Virus record (IMG/VR): IMGVR_UViG_3300003848_000002
Coordinates: 15,547 to 79,546 of that record
Source: a virus
Taxonomy: Duplodnaviria; Heunggongvirae; Uroviricota; Caudoviricetes
DNA length: 64,000 nt
Strand: one strand, 5' to 3'
Part shown: positions 39,573 through 48,760 of the stretch, in pieces
How positions within the stretch are numbered: the stretch's first letter is position 1
How the letters are laid out: every line of letters begins with the position of its first letter
Position numbers and translations under genes: made by a program
Notes under the pieces: model-generated
Databases searched by the model: none
What the model saw: the letters and a program-made list of their open reading frames with translations, nothing else
What the model was told of the DNA's origin: nothing

Positions 39573-39949
39573 CTATCGAATTGGCACCGGCGATGATTGA
39601 GAAAGCGCGCGAAGCAATTACCCGTTCTAACTTTTGGGAGTTTATCGACCGCACCATGACGCTTGAGCTGGCCGTGGCCAGCGCCAAATACGACGGCGAA
39701 CGCGCTCCTAATCGTCTTCGCAAGGCGGCTAAGGCAATGCTCAACGTCATTTACGATCCTCTTATGCGTCGATTCGTTGACGGTATCAGTAGTTCGAGCA
39801 AGGCGCTGGAAAAGCTGGATGAGCTAAAGGCATACCGAGACAGCCTGGTGACAAAGGTGGCCAACGAGTTCACCGAGGCGGAAAAGTTTGGTGACGTTGG
39901 TGAGTACCGCCGCCATCGAGCCGAGCGCATGATGCAGAACGCGGCATAG
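39569..39949 (+). CDS. hypothetical protein
   Basis: 126 aa ORF, coupled to the previous gene. Confidence 0.4.
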   Translation: MTIELAPAMIEKAREAITRSNFWEFIDRTMTLELAVASAKYDGERAPNRLRKAAKAMLNVIYDPLMRRFVDGISSSSKALEKLDELKAYRDSLVTKVANEFTEAEKFGDVGEYRRHRAERMMQNAA

Positions 39950-40039
39950 ACGTTGACAGTGACACTTGACCTATTTGTATGCAATATTTGCGATGTCTAA
40001 ACAAATCTTCAGTAAAGTTTCAGCTAAAAGGGAATGTAA

Positions 40040-40306
40040 ATGGCGAGTAATTTTGAACGAGTGGAAATTAGCACTTCAGAAAGTGGCAATGTTATCGTGC
40101 AGATCTTTGATTACCCAACGAAAGATAAGGGTTGGAGACGTCTATCTGGCAGAGGTTCCCATGACCGTATTAACTTACCACCTGGTGACTATTCAGAAGC
40201 AGAAATTATGGAAGTAATCAAAGAGCATTACGAAGAAACGAATAAACCATTGCCTGATTTTGATGAGGTTTACGATCACCGAAATGATACGGACGATGAA
40301 GAGTAG
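40040..40306 (+). CDS. hypothetical protein
   Basis: 88 aa ORF with an acidic C-terminus. Confidence 0.35.
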   Translation: MASNFERVEISTSESGNVIVQIFDYPTKDKGWRRLSGRGSHDRINLPPGDYSEAEIMEVIKEHYEETNKPLPDFDEVYDHRNDTDDEE

Positions 40307-40313
40307 TTAAGTT

Positions 40314-40340
40314 AAAACCCGCCATTGGGCGGGTTTCTGT
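40314..40340. terminator. bidirectional rho-independent terminator
   Basis: aaacccgcc attg ggcgggttt followed by ctgttatttg. Lies between convergent genes. Confidence 0.65.
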
Positions 40341-40813
40341 TATTTGTTAAATGCTCGCTTAAGGTTCGCCACTGTTGCAGGGTGCATAATGGCGTAGTTA
40401 TCCTCTTTTTCATCATCCCATTCCCAATGGAACAATTCAGCGGTCTTATCGTCGGTAACCCCTCGTGTACGACGTGTCAGCCCTGACCAAACGCCCTTAA
40501 TGTCGTCCAGGTCATACCCTGCGTTTGCCGCCAGGTCAGTAGAGTAAACACCTTGAGCATCATGCTCTGAAAATTGATCACTCAGCTCAATGAAACTCAG
40601 TAGCACGTTGCGGCTTTTCTCACTAAGTCCTTTGATAAGGCGACTGGCTTGGGACGAAGAAAGGTCTACTGCAACTCCTGACGAGAAGCCATCTTCCAAT
40701 ACAGCGTCCATCACCTCCCGCTTAACACCACGGACACATAACTGGATGATTTCGTATTGGGTTGGCTCAGACAACTCTTTCAATTGCTCAGCAGAAATAA
40801 ACAGGCCACTCAT
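40340..40813 (-). CDS. hypothetical protein (lone minus-strand gene in replication block)
   Basis: 157 aa ORF. Confidence 0.4.
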   Translation of the reverse strand: MSGLFISAEQLKELSEPTQYEIIQLCVRGVKREVMDAVLEDGFSSGVAVDLSSSQASRLIKGLSEKSRNVLLSFIELSDQFSEHDAQGVYSTDLAANAGYDLDDIKGVWSGLTRRTRGVTDDKTAELFHWEWDDEKEDNYAIMHPATVANLKRAFNK

Positions 40814-41005
40814 AAAGCTTTCCTTGGGTTAATGTGTGTCAACGACCGAAACTCTACACAAGGTTAATACAGATAAGCAAGACAATTCTTTTCTTCAATC
40901 TTGCTGTTAAGGATCTTTAATTTAGAGAGTTTCAATAAGAGCCTCAGCTGTAAATTTAAGTCTTAGGAACTTTGTGTGTTAGAATCAAATACCAAAAATA
41001 ACTAA

Positions 41006-41449
41006 ATGACTATTACGCACATGAACAATATCCTTGATCAAATTATCATCGACCTTGAGTTTAATCGCGATGACCTTGAGGCGGTCTGGCAACGACAACC
41101 AGTGCTACTCATGCAGTACGGTGCAAGACTGGCGCAAGCTGAAAGACAAGTGGCTGATGCTAAGCGCGGCCTCGATGCTATTGAGGCCAAACTTTATGAC
41201 TCGCACCGTAAAGACTTGAGTATGAACGGCATCAAGTTCAACGAATCAATCCTCGATGCCAAGGTAAAGACCAGCGTCAGCTACCTATCTCATCGACAAA
41301 AGCTGGATGACGCTCGTTACCTGGCTGACATGTACAAACATGCCGTTGCGGCCTTCAACCACCGAAAAGACATGATCGTGCAGGCATCTAAGCTCGCCAT
41401 TATTGAAATCGAACGCATGGATGCCGAACGTTTTAATCGTTCCTCCTGA
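41006..41449 (+). CDS. hypothetical coiled-coil protein (possible UvsY-like recombination mediator)
   Basis: 147 aa helical protein placed just upstream of the SSB-like and RecA-like genes. The similarity is only impressionistic. Confidence 0.3.
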   Translation: MTITHMNNILDQIIIDLEFNRDDLEAVWQRQPVLLMQYGARLAQAERQVADAKRGLDAIEAKLYDSHRKDLSMNGIKFNESILDAKVKTSVSYLSHRQKLDDARYLADMYKHAVAAFNHRKDMIVQASKLAIIEIERMDAERFNRSS

Positions 41450-41472
41450 TACCCTATTTTTATATCTGGATT

Positions 41473-41492
41473 ATAGCTAGTTAACTAGCTAT
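41473..41492. promoter_or_regulatory. perfect 20-bp palindrome ATAGCTAGTTAACTAGCTAT
   Basis: Lies 80 bp upstream of the SSB-like gene start. Confidence 0.45.
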
Positions 41493-41570
41493 TATGCACT
41501 TGCTCGTTAGCGAGTCACGACTGCCCAAAGTGCAACGCACCCTCGGCCAAAAACAATAATGGAGAAACAC

Positions 41571-42575
41571 ATGTCATCAGCATTAATGAACCTTCTGAGC
41601 AAAGCTCGCGGCGACATCGCAGCTAAACGTGGTAACAACGTCGATATGGCTCGCCTGAAGGATGGCGATAACTACCTGCGTCTGTTCCCAAACAAAGACG
41701 ATCCTGACGGCGTCTTCTATCAAACGTGGGGTATGCACTTCGTTAAGTACCAGAACGACGAAGGCAAAGAAGCAACCACCGCTTACGTGTGTGATCAGCA
41801 CACCCATGGTCGTGCTTGCCAGCTGTGCGAAATGGTGATGGAAGGTAAAGCTCGTCACAAAGGCAACAAAGCAATGGAAGACCGCATTCAGGCAATGCGC
41901 GCCACTCCACGCTATCTGGTTAACGGCGTACTTTCTGCTCGTGAAGATTTCGCTGATGCGAAAGAAACCCAGCTGATTGAACTGCCAGCAACCGTGTTCG
42001 ATGACATTCTGAAAGTTATCGGCGAAGACCTTTCCGATGAAATTGGTAACCCGCTGAGCAAAACTGAAGGCTATGCGTTCTGCATTACCCGTACCGGTTC
42101 TGGTCGCGACACCAAATACAGCGTGTCGCCTAAGCGTAAAGTCTTCAAAGGCAACATCGAAGACAAGTTCTGGAACAAGCAGCATGACCTGATTGCTTTC
42201 GCAAACCAGGCTGACGAAACCAAATTGCTGGCTACCACGCGTCATATGAGCCGTCAGATTGGAATCGCTGCACCTTCTGCGATTGCCGCTGTTAAATCAA
42301 CAACCAACTCAGCAGCAGCACTGCCAGGCTTCGGCTCCATCACCGGCCACGACGACGCCCCAGCGACTACTCACGGTGCAGCAGCTGTTGCGCGTGAAGA
42401 GACCCCGGCGCCATCGTCCATCGTTGATGAAGAGGTTGCTCGTGCGGTTGAAGCTGAGTTCGTGCCAGAAGCTGAAAAAGTTGCTGAGCCAGTGGCGGCA
42501 ACGCCAGCGGCAGAAGCACCTGCAGCAGCAGACCCGGCACTGGATTCACTTCTGGCTGAGCTAGAAGGTCTGTAA
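41571..42575 (+). CDS. putative ssDNA-binding protein (T4 gp32-like: Zn-binding His/Cys cluster, acidic C-terminal tail)
   Basis: CDQHTHGRACQLC motif. Ala/Pro-rich linker ending in acidic LDSLLAELEGL. Optimal-codon usage. Start follows GGAGAAACACATG. Confidence 0.45.
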   Translation: MSSALMNLLSKARGDIAAKRGNNVDMARLKDGDNYLRLFPNKDDPDGVFYQTWGMHFVKYQNDEGKEATTAYVCDQHTHGRACQLCEMVMEGKARHKGNKAMEDRIQAMRATPRYLVNGVLSAREDFADAKETQLIELPATVFDDILKVIGEDLSDEIGNPLSKTEGYAFCITRTGSGRDTKYSVSPKRKVFKGNIEDKFWNKQHDLIAFANQADETKLLATTRHMSRQIGIAAPSAIAAVKSTTNSAAALPGFGSITGHDDAPATTHGAAAVAREETPAPSSIVDEEVARAVEAEFVPEAEKVAEPVAATPAAEAPAAADPALDSLLAELEGL

Positions 42576-42635
42576 TCGTCGAATAGACGGAAAGAAGGCG
42601 TCTTCGGACGCCTTACTTTTTGGAAGGAGCATACC

Positions 42636-43586
42636 TTGAACTACTTATTCGTCGATGGTAACAGCCTCGGCTACTACCACCAGCAGCAGAAAGAGAAACT
42701 TCACAACGGTGAAATGGAAGTGCAGGCGATTTTCGGCTTCGTCAAAAACGTTCGTCGTTACGCCTCCATCCTTCACGCGCGGCCAATTGTCTTTTGGGAC
42801 GGATTCAGCGATCGCCGCCGTTCGTTTTACCCAGAGTACAAATCCAACCGAGACGACAACCCAGAAATGCTGAAGATGAAAGAAGGCTTTTCCAAGCAAA
42901 AGCCTTACATCGTCAACATGATGAAAGTGCTGGGCGTAAACCAGTTCACGGCCAAAGATGGCGAAGCTGATGATCTGGCCGGCATGTTCGTTGAGAAGTT
43001 AGTTAATTCACCTGCAGTTGAGCACATCTATCTGCTCACTGGCGATCAGGACTGGCTTCAGCTGGTTAGCGAAAAGGTTACATGGGTGACAGTACGAGCC
43101 GACGCCCAGCATAAACAGATCAACTTCGAGCAGTTTTCGGAGCTTACTGGCTATGCAACTCCCCGCGGCTTTCTCGAAGGCAAAGCACTTCAGGGCGACA
43201 AGTCCGACAATATTGCTGCTGTAGGTGGCATTGGTGACGGTGGCGCCAAGGAGATCATTGCAGAGTACGGCAGCGTTGTAACGATGGTGCGGGGCATTAT
43301 GGACGGCAGCATTGTCATCGACAAAGGTCGCCATAAAACAGCATTCAACAACCTGGCCAAGAACGCTTTCAACGAGAAAACCAAATGTCGGATGCTCGAA
43401 GCCTTCAAGCGCAACATGTCACTGATGAACCTCATCAAAACTCAATTCCCACCGACTGTAATCGAGCCAGTAAAAGCTGAGCGCGACCAGAAAGCATTTG
43501 AGCAAATGTGCCTGGAGCTTAACTTCCGGTCGTTCCTTGAAGATATGGACGTGTTCAAGCTGCCATTCGAAAGGTACTGCGCATGA
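42636..43586 (+). CDS. 5'-3' exonuclease / flap endonuclease (FEN, RNase H-like)
   Basis: YLFVDGNSLGYY...VFWDG...YPEYKSNRD...LTGDQDWLQL acidic motifs. TTG start with AAGGAG RBS. Confidence 0.8.
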   Translation: MNYLFVDGNSLGYYHQQQKEKLHNGEMEVQAIFGFVKNVRRYASILHARPIVFWDGFSDRRRSFYPEYKSNRDDNPEMLKMKEGFSKQKPYIVNMMKVLGVNQFTAKDGEADDLAGMFVEKLVNSPAVEHIYLLTGDQDWLQLVSEKVTWVTVRADAQHKQINFEQFSELTGYATPRGFLEGKALQGDKSDNIAAVGGIGDGGAKEIIAEYGSVVTMVRGIMDGSIVIDKGRHKTAFNNLAKNAFNEKTKCRMLEAFKRNMSLMNLIKTQFPPTVIEPVKAERDQKAFEQMCLELNFRSFLEDMDVFKLPFERYCA

Positions 43587-43843
43587 TCCGCTCTTTGTTC
43601 ACCGGACACCCATCAACCTACACCGCGCTGGCCAAAGAGGTCGTTTTCCTTCATGGGGAAAGCGCAGTGACCTGTCTGCCAACAATTCTGTCACGCGCCG
43701 GGATGAGCGTTACCAAACGCGAGCTGGGGAAGGTTTCAGATCAGGTTGTGAAAATGCTGTCACGCGTAAAGAAAAACCTTAATTGCGACTCGATTGAGTG
43801 GAACGAGGCGAAAGCCGCAGAACGTATAAAACCACAAGGATAA
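43583..43843 (+). CDS. hypothetical protein
   Basis: 86 aa ORF, coupled to the previous gene. Confidence 0.3.
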   Translation: MIRSLFTGHPSTYTALAKEVVFLHGESAVTCLPTILSRAGMSVTKRELGKVSDQVVKMLSRVKKNLNCDSIEWNEAKAAERIKPQG

Positions 43844-43848
43844 AACAC

Positions 43849-44925
43849 ATGGCTAAATCAAAACTCGCTCAGGCGCTGAATAAAGCGATGGGCAAAAATG
43901 ACACTATCCAGAAAGTCGAGCAGTGGCTCGATACCGGATATGCTCCACTGAATCGCGCCATTTCTGGCCGCTACGATGGCGGTATGCCAGCTGGTCGCAT
44001 CGTTGAGATCTTCGGTCCACCTTCTGCCGGCAAAACGTTTCTCGCCACCAGAGCGATGATTGCTGCTCAGCGTATGGGTGGCGTTGCAGCCTTCTTTGAC
44101 CACGAAAACAGCTTTGATGTTGGCCTAGCGGTGGGCATGGGATTAGATGCTGACGAAGATGAAGGCTTTTGGGTGTACAAGCAGCCAAACACCTTCGAGG
44201 ACTCAGTGGAAAACATCGGCATCCTGCTTAACACCATCCGTAGCAACGAGCTGATCCCCAAAGATGCGCCGATCGTCATCGTGACCGACTCACTGGCATC
44301 AATGGTGCCGCGCTCGAAAGCAGAGAAGTTCACCAAGATGGCTGAAGGCACTGCGAAGGATAAAGACGAGCTGAACATGAACGACAACACGGCTCTGGCG
44401 CGCGCAACTTCAGCGAACTTCCCTACCCTTGCCCAATGGTGCCGCCAGTACAACTGTCTTCTGATCGTGCTGAACCAGGTGCGTACCAAGATTGGCGTGA
44501 TGTTTGGCGATCCGACCACTTCACCCGGTGGTGATTCACCGAAGTTCTACGCTTCTGTGCGCATCCGTTTGGGTGCAAGCCAGCTGAAGGATGGCAAAGA
44601 GAAGATCGGCCAGTGCGTCGGTGCTGAAGTCGTTAAAAACAAAGTGGCGCCGCCATTCGAGAAATGCAGCTGGAATTTCTATTACGACACTAACCGCGGC
44701 CTCGATGTGGTGGAGTCACTGGTTGAGCATATGCTTGAAGAAGGCTTGCTACCAAAGAACTCTTCTGGCCGCGTTGAGATTGGCGATAAGAAATACACCA
44801 AATCTCAGATCGTCGATATGTACCGCCAAAAGCCGATGGAAGAAATCGTTGCGGCGCTGGCCAAGATTGACAGCGATAAGCGCGCCAAAGTTGAGGCCGC
44901 GAAAGAGACCGCTGAAGTAGAGTAA
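43849..44925 (+). CDS. RecA/UvsX-like recombinase
   Basis: GRIVEIFGPPSAGKTFLA Walker A in RecA-like context. Start follows GGATAAAACACATG. Confidence 0.75.
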   Translation: MAKSKLAQALNKAMGKNDTIQKVEQWLDTGYAPLNRAISGRYDGGMPAGRIVEIFGPPSAGKTFLATRAMIAAQRMGGVAAFFDHENSFDVGLAVGMGLDADEDEGFWVYKQPNTFEDSVENIGILLNTIRSNELIPKDAPIVIVTDSLASMVPRSKAEKFTKMAEGTAKDKDELNMNDNTALARATSANFPTLAQWCRQYNCLLIVLNQVRTKIGVMFGDPTTSPGGDSPKFYASVRIRLGASQLKDGKEKIGQCVGAEVVKNKVAPPFEKCSWNFYYDTNRGLDVVESLVEHMLEEGLLPKNSSGRVEIGDKKYTKSQIVDMYRQKPMEEIVAALAKIDSDKRAKVEAAKETAEVE

Positions 44926-44953
44926 TGAGGCTAACAAATAGCCATTTAATCGA

Positions 44954-44980
44954 GGGGTGCTAACGCACCCCTTCTTTTTT
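44954..44980 (+). terminator. rho-independent terminator
   Basis: ggggtgc taac gcacccc followed by ttctttttt. Confidence 0.7.
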
Positions 44981-44989
44981 GATTGCAAT

Positions 44990-45007
44990 TAGGTAGGTAA
45001 CTACCTA
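44990..45007. promoter_or_regulatory. TAGGTAG-gtaa-CTACCTA palindrome
   Basis: 7-bp arms. Followed by ttttatataagcacTATAAAAcatcGGAAAAACACATG. Confidence 0.45.
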
Positions 45008-45042
45008 TTTTATATAAGCACTATAAAACATCGGAAAAACAC

Positions 45043-45231
45043 ATGATTAAGTTCTACACCTTCACAATTGGAGTGATTGCATCTGCCTTAGCGGTGTATC
45101 GATTCATTGTGCCAGCACTGTTCTCACTGAGTGATGATTTCGCCATGGTTTTGGCCGTTGTTATCGCTCTTTCTTATCCGGTCGCCCTGGTGACCATCTC
45201 TAAAAAAGTATGGAAACGCAAAAAGAAATGA
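45043..45231 (+). CDS. small 2-TM membrane protein (NfeD-like partner?)
   Basis: 62 aa with two hydrophobic helices. Overlaps the start of the SPFH gene. Confidence 0.4.
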   Translation: MIKFYTFTIGVIASALAVYRFIVPALFSLSDDFAMVLAVVIALSYPVALVTISKKVWKRKKK

Positions 45232-46073
45232 AAAAGGTAATTGTCGCTCTGCTACTGGCAGCATCCGCATTCACGCTAACAGCGTGTGATCGTGAAACCG
45301 TCCCTGCGGGCTACGTTGGTGTGAAAGTCGATCTGTATGGCACTGAGAAGGGCGTACAGCAGCAGGTTGTTGGTGTTGGCCGCTACTGGCTGACCATTAA
45401 CGAAGAGCTGTACAAGTTCCCAACGTTTAACCAGCTGCACACGTATCATGACCCGTTCGTCTTCCAGACTTCAGACAGTATGACTATCTCCGCGCATGTT
45501 GGTGTTGAGTACGCTGTCGAATCTGACAAGGTGGCCAAAGTGTTCCAGACGTATCGCAAAGGTGTGGACGACATCACCACCAGCAACCTGCGTCAGAACA
45601 TTTCAGATGCGCTGATCAAGCACTCTACTGATATGAACATCACGCAGCTGGCTGCCGGTGGCAAAACTAAATTGCTTGATGCCGTGACCAAGGATCTACG
45701 CGCCAGTCTTGAGCCTATTGGCATCCACATCGTGAAACTGAGCTGGACGACTGACCTGGATTATCCAAAGCAGGTTAAAGACTCCATTAACGCCAAGATC
45801 GAAGCAAACCAGAAAGCAGCGCGGGTAGAGAACGAAGTCGCTCAATCCAAAGCTGAAGCCCAAAAGGCTATCGAGTTGGCGCGAGGTGAAGCCGAATCCA
45901 ATCGCATTCGTGCTGAAGCGGAGGCTAACGCTATCACCCTGCGCGGCCAGGCGCTTCGTAGTAATCCTGAAGTGCTGCAACTGGAGGCGATCAATCGCTG
46001 GGATGGCAAGACGCCTGTTTATGTCGCTGGAGGCGGCAATAGCGCCCCACCATTCGTTCAGTTCAAGCCGTAA
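45210..46073 (+). CDS. SPFH/band-7 (stomatin/prohibitin-like) lipoprotein
   Basis: Lipobox LTAC. SPFH core followed by Ala/Glu-rich coiled coil (ENEVAQSKAEAQKAIELARGEAESNRIRAEAEANA). Confidence 0.65.
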   Translation: METQKEMKKVIVALLLAASAFTLTACDRETVPAGYVGVKVDLYGTEKGVQQQVVGVGRYWLTINEELYKFPTFNQLHTYHDPFVFQTSDSMTISAHVGVEYAVESDKVAKVFQTYRKGVDDITTSNLRQNISDALIKHSTDMNITQLAAGGKTKLLDAVTKDLRASLEPIGIHIVKLSWTTDLDYPKQVKDSINAKIEANQKAARVENEVAQSKAEAQKAIELARGEAESNRIRAEAEANAITLRGQALRSNPEVLQLEAINRWDGKTPVYVAGGGNSAPPFVQFKP

Positions 46074-46080
46074 CAAACGC

Positions 46081-46110
46081 AAGGCGTCCAGTTGGACGCC
46101 TTTTTCTTTC
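46081..46110 (+). terminator. rho-independent terminator
   Basis: aaggcgtcc agtt ggacgcctt followed by tttctttc. Confidence 0.7.
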
Positions 46111-46128
46111 TGTCATTATGACCCACAA

Positions 46129-46144
46129 GAAAACAACTTGTTTG
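46129..46144. promoter_or_regulatory. GAAAACAAcTTGTTTg palindrome (third copy of motif)
   Basis: Imperfect at one end. Lies 5 bp upstream of ATG 46149. Confidence 0.4.
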
Positions 46145-46148
46145 CTGA

Positions 46149-46391
46149 GTGAATATGAAATTCAAACACATACCACTTATTGACGTTACAACGCCCCGCT
46201 CCTTTCGGATCGCGATAGTTGACTGCTATTGGCTGACCAAGGTAGAGAACGTTGTAACTAATGAGCGTTACGGGAACTACATGTACAACTCAGACAGACG
46301 CGTTGTGGAGCGAGTATTCGAACGTCACATTCAAGAGGATGGTTACAGTGTCACACATATCCCCCTCGCGTTTATTGAAAGGAGAGATTAA
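46149..46391 (+). CDS. hypothetical protein
   Basis: 80 aa ORF. Confidence 0.35.
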   Translation: MNMKFKHIPLIDVTTPRSFRIAIVDCYWLTKVENVVTNERYGNYMYNSDRRVVERVFERHIQEDGYSVTHIPLAFIERRD

Positions 46392-47093
46392 GTGTCTTTT
46401 GCATTAGAACCCATTGAACCAGAAATGACCCAGGTTCGGGGCGATAACGTTTCAAACCACCCTGCTTTTGGGATGGTTTCAGTAAACCGCATCCACTCAA
46501 CCGGCACTACCTTATTCGCTTCTGACCTTCGCCATGCTGAAATCATAGAGCTGGAGATCTACGAAGGCCAGATGGTTGAAAGGGATGGTGTGCAAAACCC
46601 GGCGCGCGCTACACGACGCCCTATAACATCTATCAGCCTCAGCTCATCTCAATGGGCGACTCTGGTTTGCAGCTTTGGCCTCGGCGAAGGTGTCCCATGT
46701 ACGCTCAATCGCACTAAAACCGGCGATAGCGTTCGCATTCCTCCCATCAAACGGATGGAGTCCACGCGTCAGCGATTTGACCGGAACATTGAAGAAGCAG
46801 CCCAGCGCCAGCTGGCAAACCTTGCTGAAGATCTGCAATCCCTCAGAACTTTAATGGCCAAGGGGAAAGCCGGTAAGCGCGAGCTGGAAGAGTTGTACCG
46901 TTCAATGTCTGCCCATCTGGGCAACCTGCCTAAAAACCTATCGTTCTCAACCCAACTGATCCAAGAGTCGATGGACAGCATTGTGTCGGCCGGAAAAGCC
47001 GAATTAGAAGCGTCAGCCGTTGGCGTGGCACTTCGCCTAGGGATCAAAGAAATTGGCCGCCTGGCCGAACTGGAGAACAAAGCTGATGAGTAA
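46392..47093 (+). CDS. hypothetical protein
   Basis: GTG start with GGAGAG RBS. 233 aa. Confidence 0.4.
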   Translation: MSFALEPIEPEMTQVRGDNVSNHPAFGMVSVNRIHSTGTTLFASDLRHAEIIELEIYEGQMVERDGVQNPARATRRPITSISLSSSQWATLVCSFGLGEGVPCTLNRTKTGDSVRIPPIKRMESTRQRFDRNIEEAAQRQLANLAEDLQSLRTLMAKGKAGKRELEELYRSMSAHLGNLPKNLSFSTQLIQESMDSIVSAGKAELEASAVGVALRLGIKEIGRLAELENKADE

Positions 47094-47442
47094 CATCGAA
47101 GGTATCAAATGGGTGGCTGATGGTGAGCCGAATTTCTACACGCTGCTTTCAGACAAGAACTGGTTCGGGAAACTCCAGATGAACGGAGAGATGCACACCG
47201 TCGCGCAGGAGAAGTTTTTAAATGGCCTGTTCCCACACTTGAAAGAAGAGGCGAGTAAGTCAGTAACGCCGCTCACACCTGTAAAAATAATCGAAATCAT
47301 GATCGATTGGCTGGAGTGCAACGTGGATATGGGCACACCTATCATCTTTGACAATGATGATGACAACACTGATTCGGCAAAAGCCTTGCCAGCTATGTAC
47401 GAAGCTCTGCGCATTCTTCGAGGTATAGGGGGGCAATCTTGA
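47086..47442 (+). CDS. hypothetical protein
   Basis: ATG overlaps the previous stop (ATGAGTAA). Confidence 0.4.
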   Translation: MSNIEGIKWVADGEPNFYTLLSDKNWFGKLQMNGEMHTVAQEKFLNGLFPHLKEEASKSVTPLTPVKIIEIMIDWLECNVDMGTPIIFDNDDDNTDSAKALPAMYEALRILRGIGGQS

Positions 47443-47618
47443 CTGTTGTATGCGAAAGCGTGTGGCCGGGTGTCGATTGGTTTACTCCGGGTAAGGAGTA
47501 TAGCGGTGTGTCAGATTCTGATGGCCAGGCGCTGCATACCACTGACGACTTTGGGGAAGATGCCCTGATCTTCATTGACCACTCTCATCACGGCATCTTC
47601 AAGACCAAGAAGGATTAA
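47439..47618 (+). CDS. small ORF (59 aa), below ORF-track cutoff
   Basis: TTG overlaps the previous stop. Fills an otherwise unexplained 340-bp gap. Confidence 0.25.
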   Translation: MTVVCESVWPGVDWFTPGKEYSGVSDSDGQALHTTDDFGEDALIFIDHSHHGIFKTKKD

Positions 47619-47621
47619 CTG

Positions 47622-47786
47622 ATGGTAAGCCAGCAGAAAGATGACAAGGCGGCTGAGCGCCAGAGATGGATTGCGGAAGGCGTAGAACTCGCCATAAGTC
47701 ACCTTGAAAGATCTGACTTTGGTGAAGAAAACGACATTCGCCTACTTCGCGAATTGTCTCTAAAACTCAAAAAGGAAATGCCATGA
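47622..47786 (+). CDS. small ORF (54 aa), below ORF-track cutoff
   Basis: Ends in ATGA overlap with the 47783 start. Confidence 0.3.
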   Translation: MVSQQKDDKAAERQRWIAEGVELAISHLERSDFGEENDIRLLRELSLKLKKEMP

Positions 47787-48229
47787 CCAGTAAACCAAAG
47801 GGAAGCGCTCTGACAGCGCTTTACAGCGCTTCTAACGCTGCGCTTGATGAAGTAGACCAGTTAAGAGCGGATGGCTTCCCGCAGCCATTGTGGGCTGAAT
47901 CCATGCGCACTGCGATTGGGGAAATGGGCGCCCCCGATGTGGCTGAGAATGAGCAACCCTGGCAAAAGCTGATCCGCGTGTATGCCGAAGAGATTGGGCC
48001 GACACCAGAACCAGAGCAAGCATTGCTGCTGAAGCTGTTCAAGGAGGCAGGTGAGAACTTACCAATTTGGCCAGGCACTTGCCACGAGGTTTTTCATTCG
48101 CAATTTAGAAAGATCGACATCTTTGAAAATTCAGTAGATGGCAAAGAGGCGATCGTCTGGTTCCTCCTTCACCTGGATGATTGCTTCCCCCGAGTAGCCG
48201 CGAAGATGTGGCCTGTAGATAACAATTAA
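47783..48229 (+). CDS. hypothetical protein
   Basis: 148 aa ORF. Confidence 0.4.
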   Translation: MTSKPKGSALTALYSASNAALDEVDQLRADGFPQPLWAESMRTAIGEMGAPDVAENEQPWQKLIRVYAEEIGPTPEPEQALLLKLFKEAGENLPIWPGTCHEVFHSQFRKIDIFENSVDGKEAIVWFLLHLDDCFPRVAAKMWPVDNN

Positions 48230-48289
48230 TCGCCTATTTAAGTCAAATATAATTAAGTAACCAACAACTTATAATAAGGGTATAAACAC

Positions 48290-48559
48290 ATGAAAACGCT
48301 TGTCAGAATCCACTCAAGTTGTGATTTCTCAGTCTTCCCTCTGTTCATTGTTGAAGCAGGGAATGAGGAACTGATGGACGAGGCCATTGAACGCGCTATT
48401 AACAAATGCACCGGCTATGACGATGACCAGATAACCATCGACGAGAGCAATGTACGCTGGCGCGGCAGCCAATGTTGGTATCAGGAAGATACCCAACCGC
48501 TCTCCAATGAGGATGCAGAAACACTGGTGAGGATCTTATCGTTAGAAACCTACAGCTAA
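48290..48559 (+). CDS. hypothetical protein
   Basis: Preceded by TATAAACACATG. Confidence 0.4.
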   Translation: MKTLVRIHSSCDFSVFPLFIVEAGNEELMDEAIERAINKCTGYDDDQITIDESNVRWRGSQCWYQEDTQPLSNEDAETLVRILSLETYS

Positions 48560-48580
48560 CGCTTTCCTTACATTTCAAAA

Positions 48581-48600
48581 ATAGGTTACTATCTACCTAT
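48581..48600. promoter_or_regulatory. ATAGGT-tactatct-ACCTAT palindrome
   Basis: Member of the recurrent family. Confidence 0.35.
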
Positions 48601-48760
48601 CTTATGGAGTTCGCATGACAGTAGCTTTGCAATTAACCTCTCTCCTTCTGGTACTTTTATGCCGTCAGATGAAGAAAGCCTTCGAGCCAATGCCCGGGCG
48701 CGTTTATTACCCCTTCATGCTCAGCACCGCATTATTCATGTTCCTGTCGCCGGTGCTGAA

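Noticed and set aside
39950-40040. Tandem TTGACA/TTGACC hexamers as a sigma70 promoter
   Set aside because: No convincing -10 element at 16-18 bp spacing. Left uncalled.
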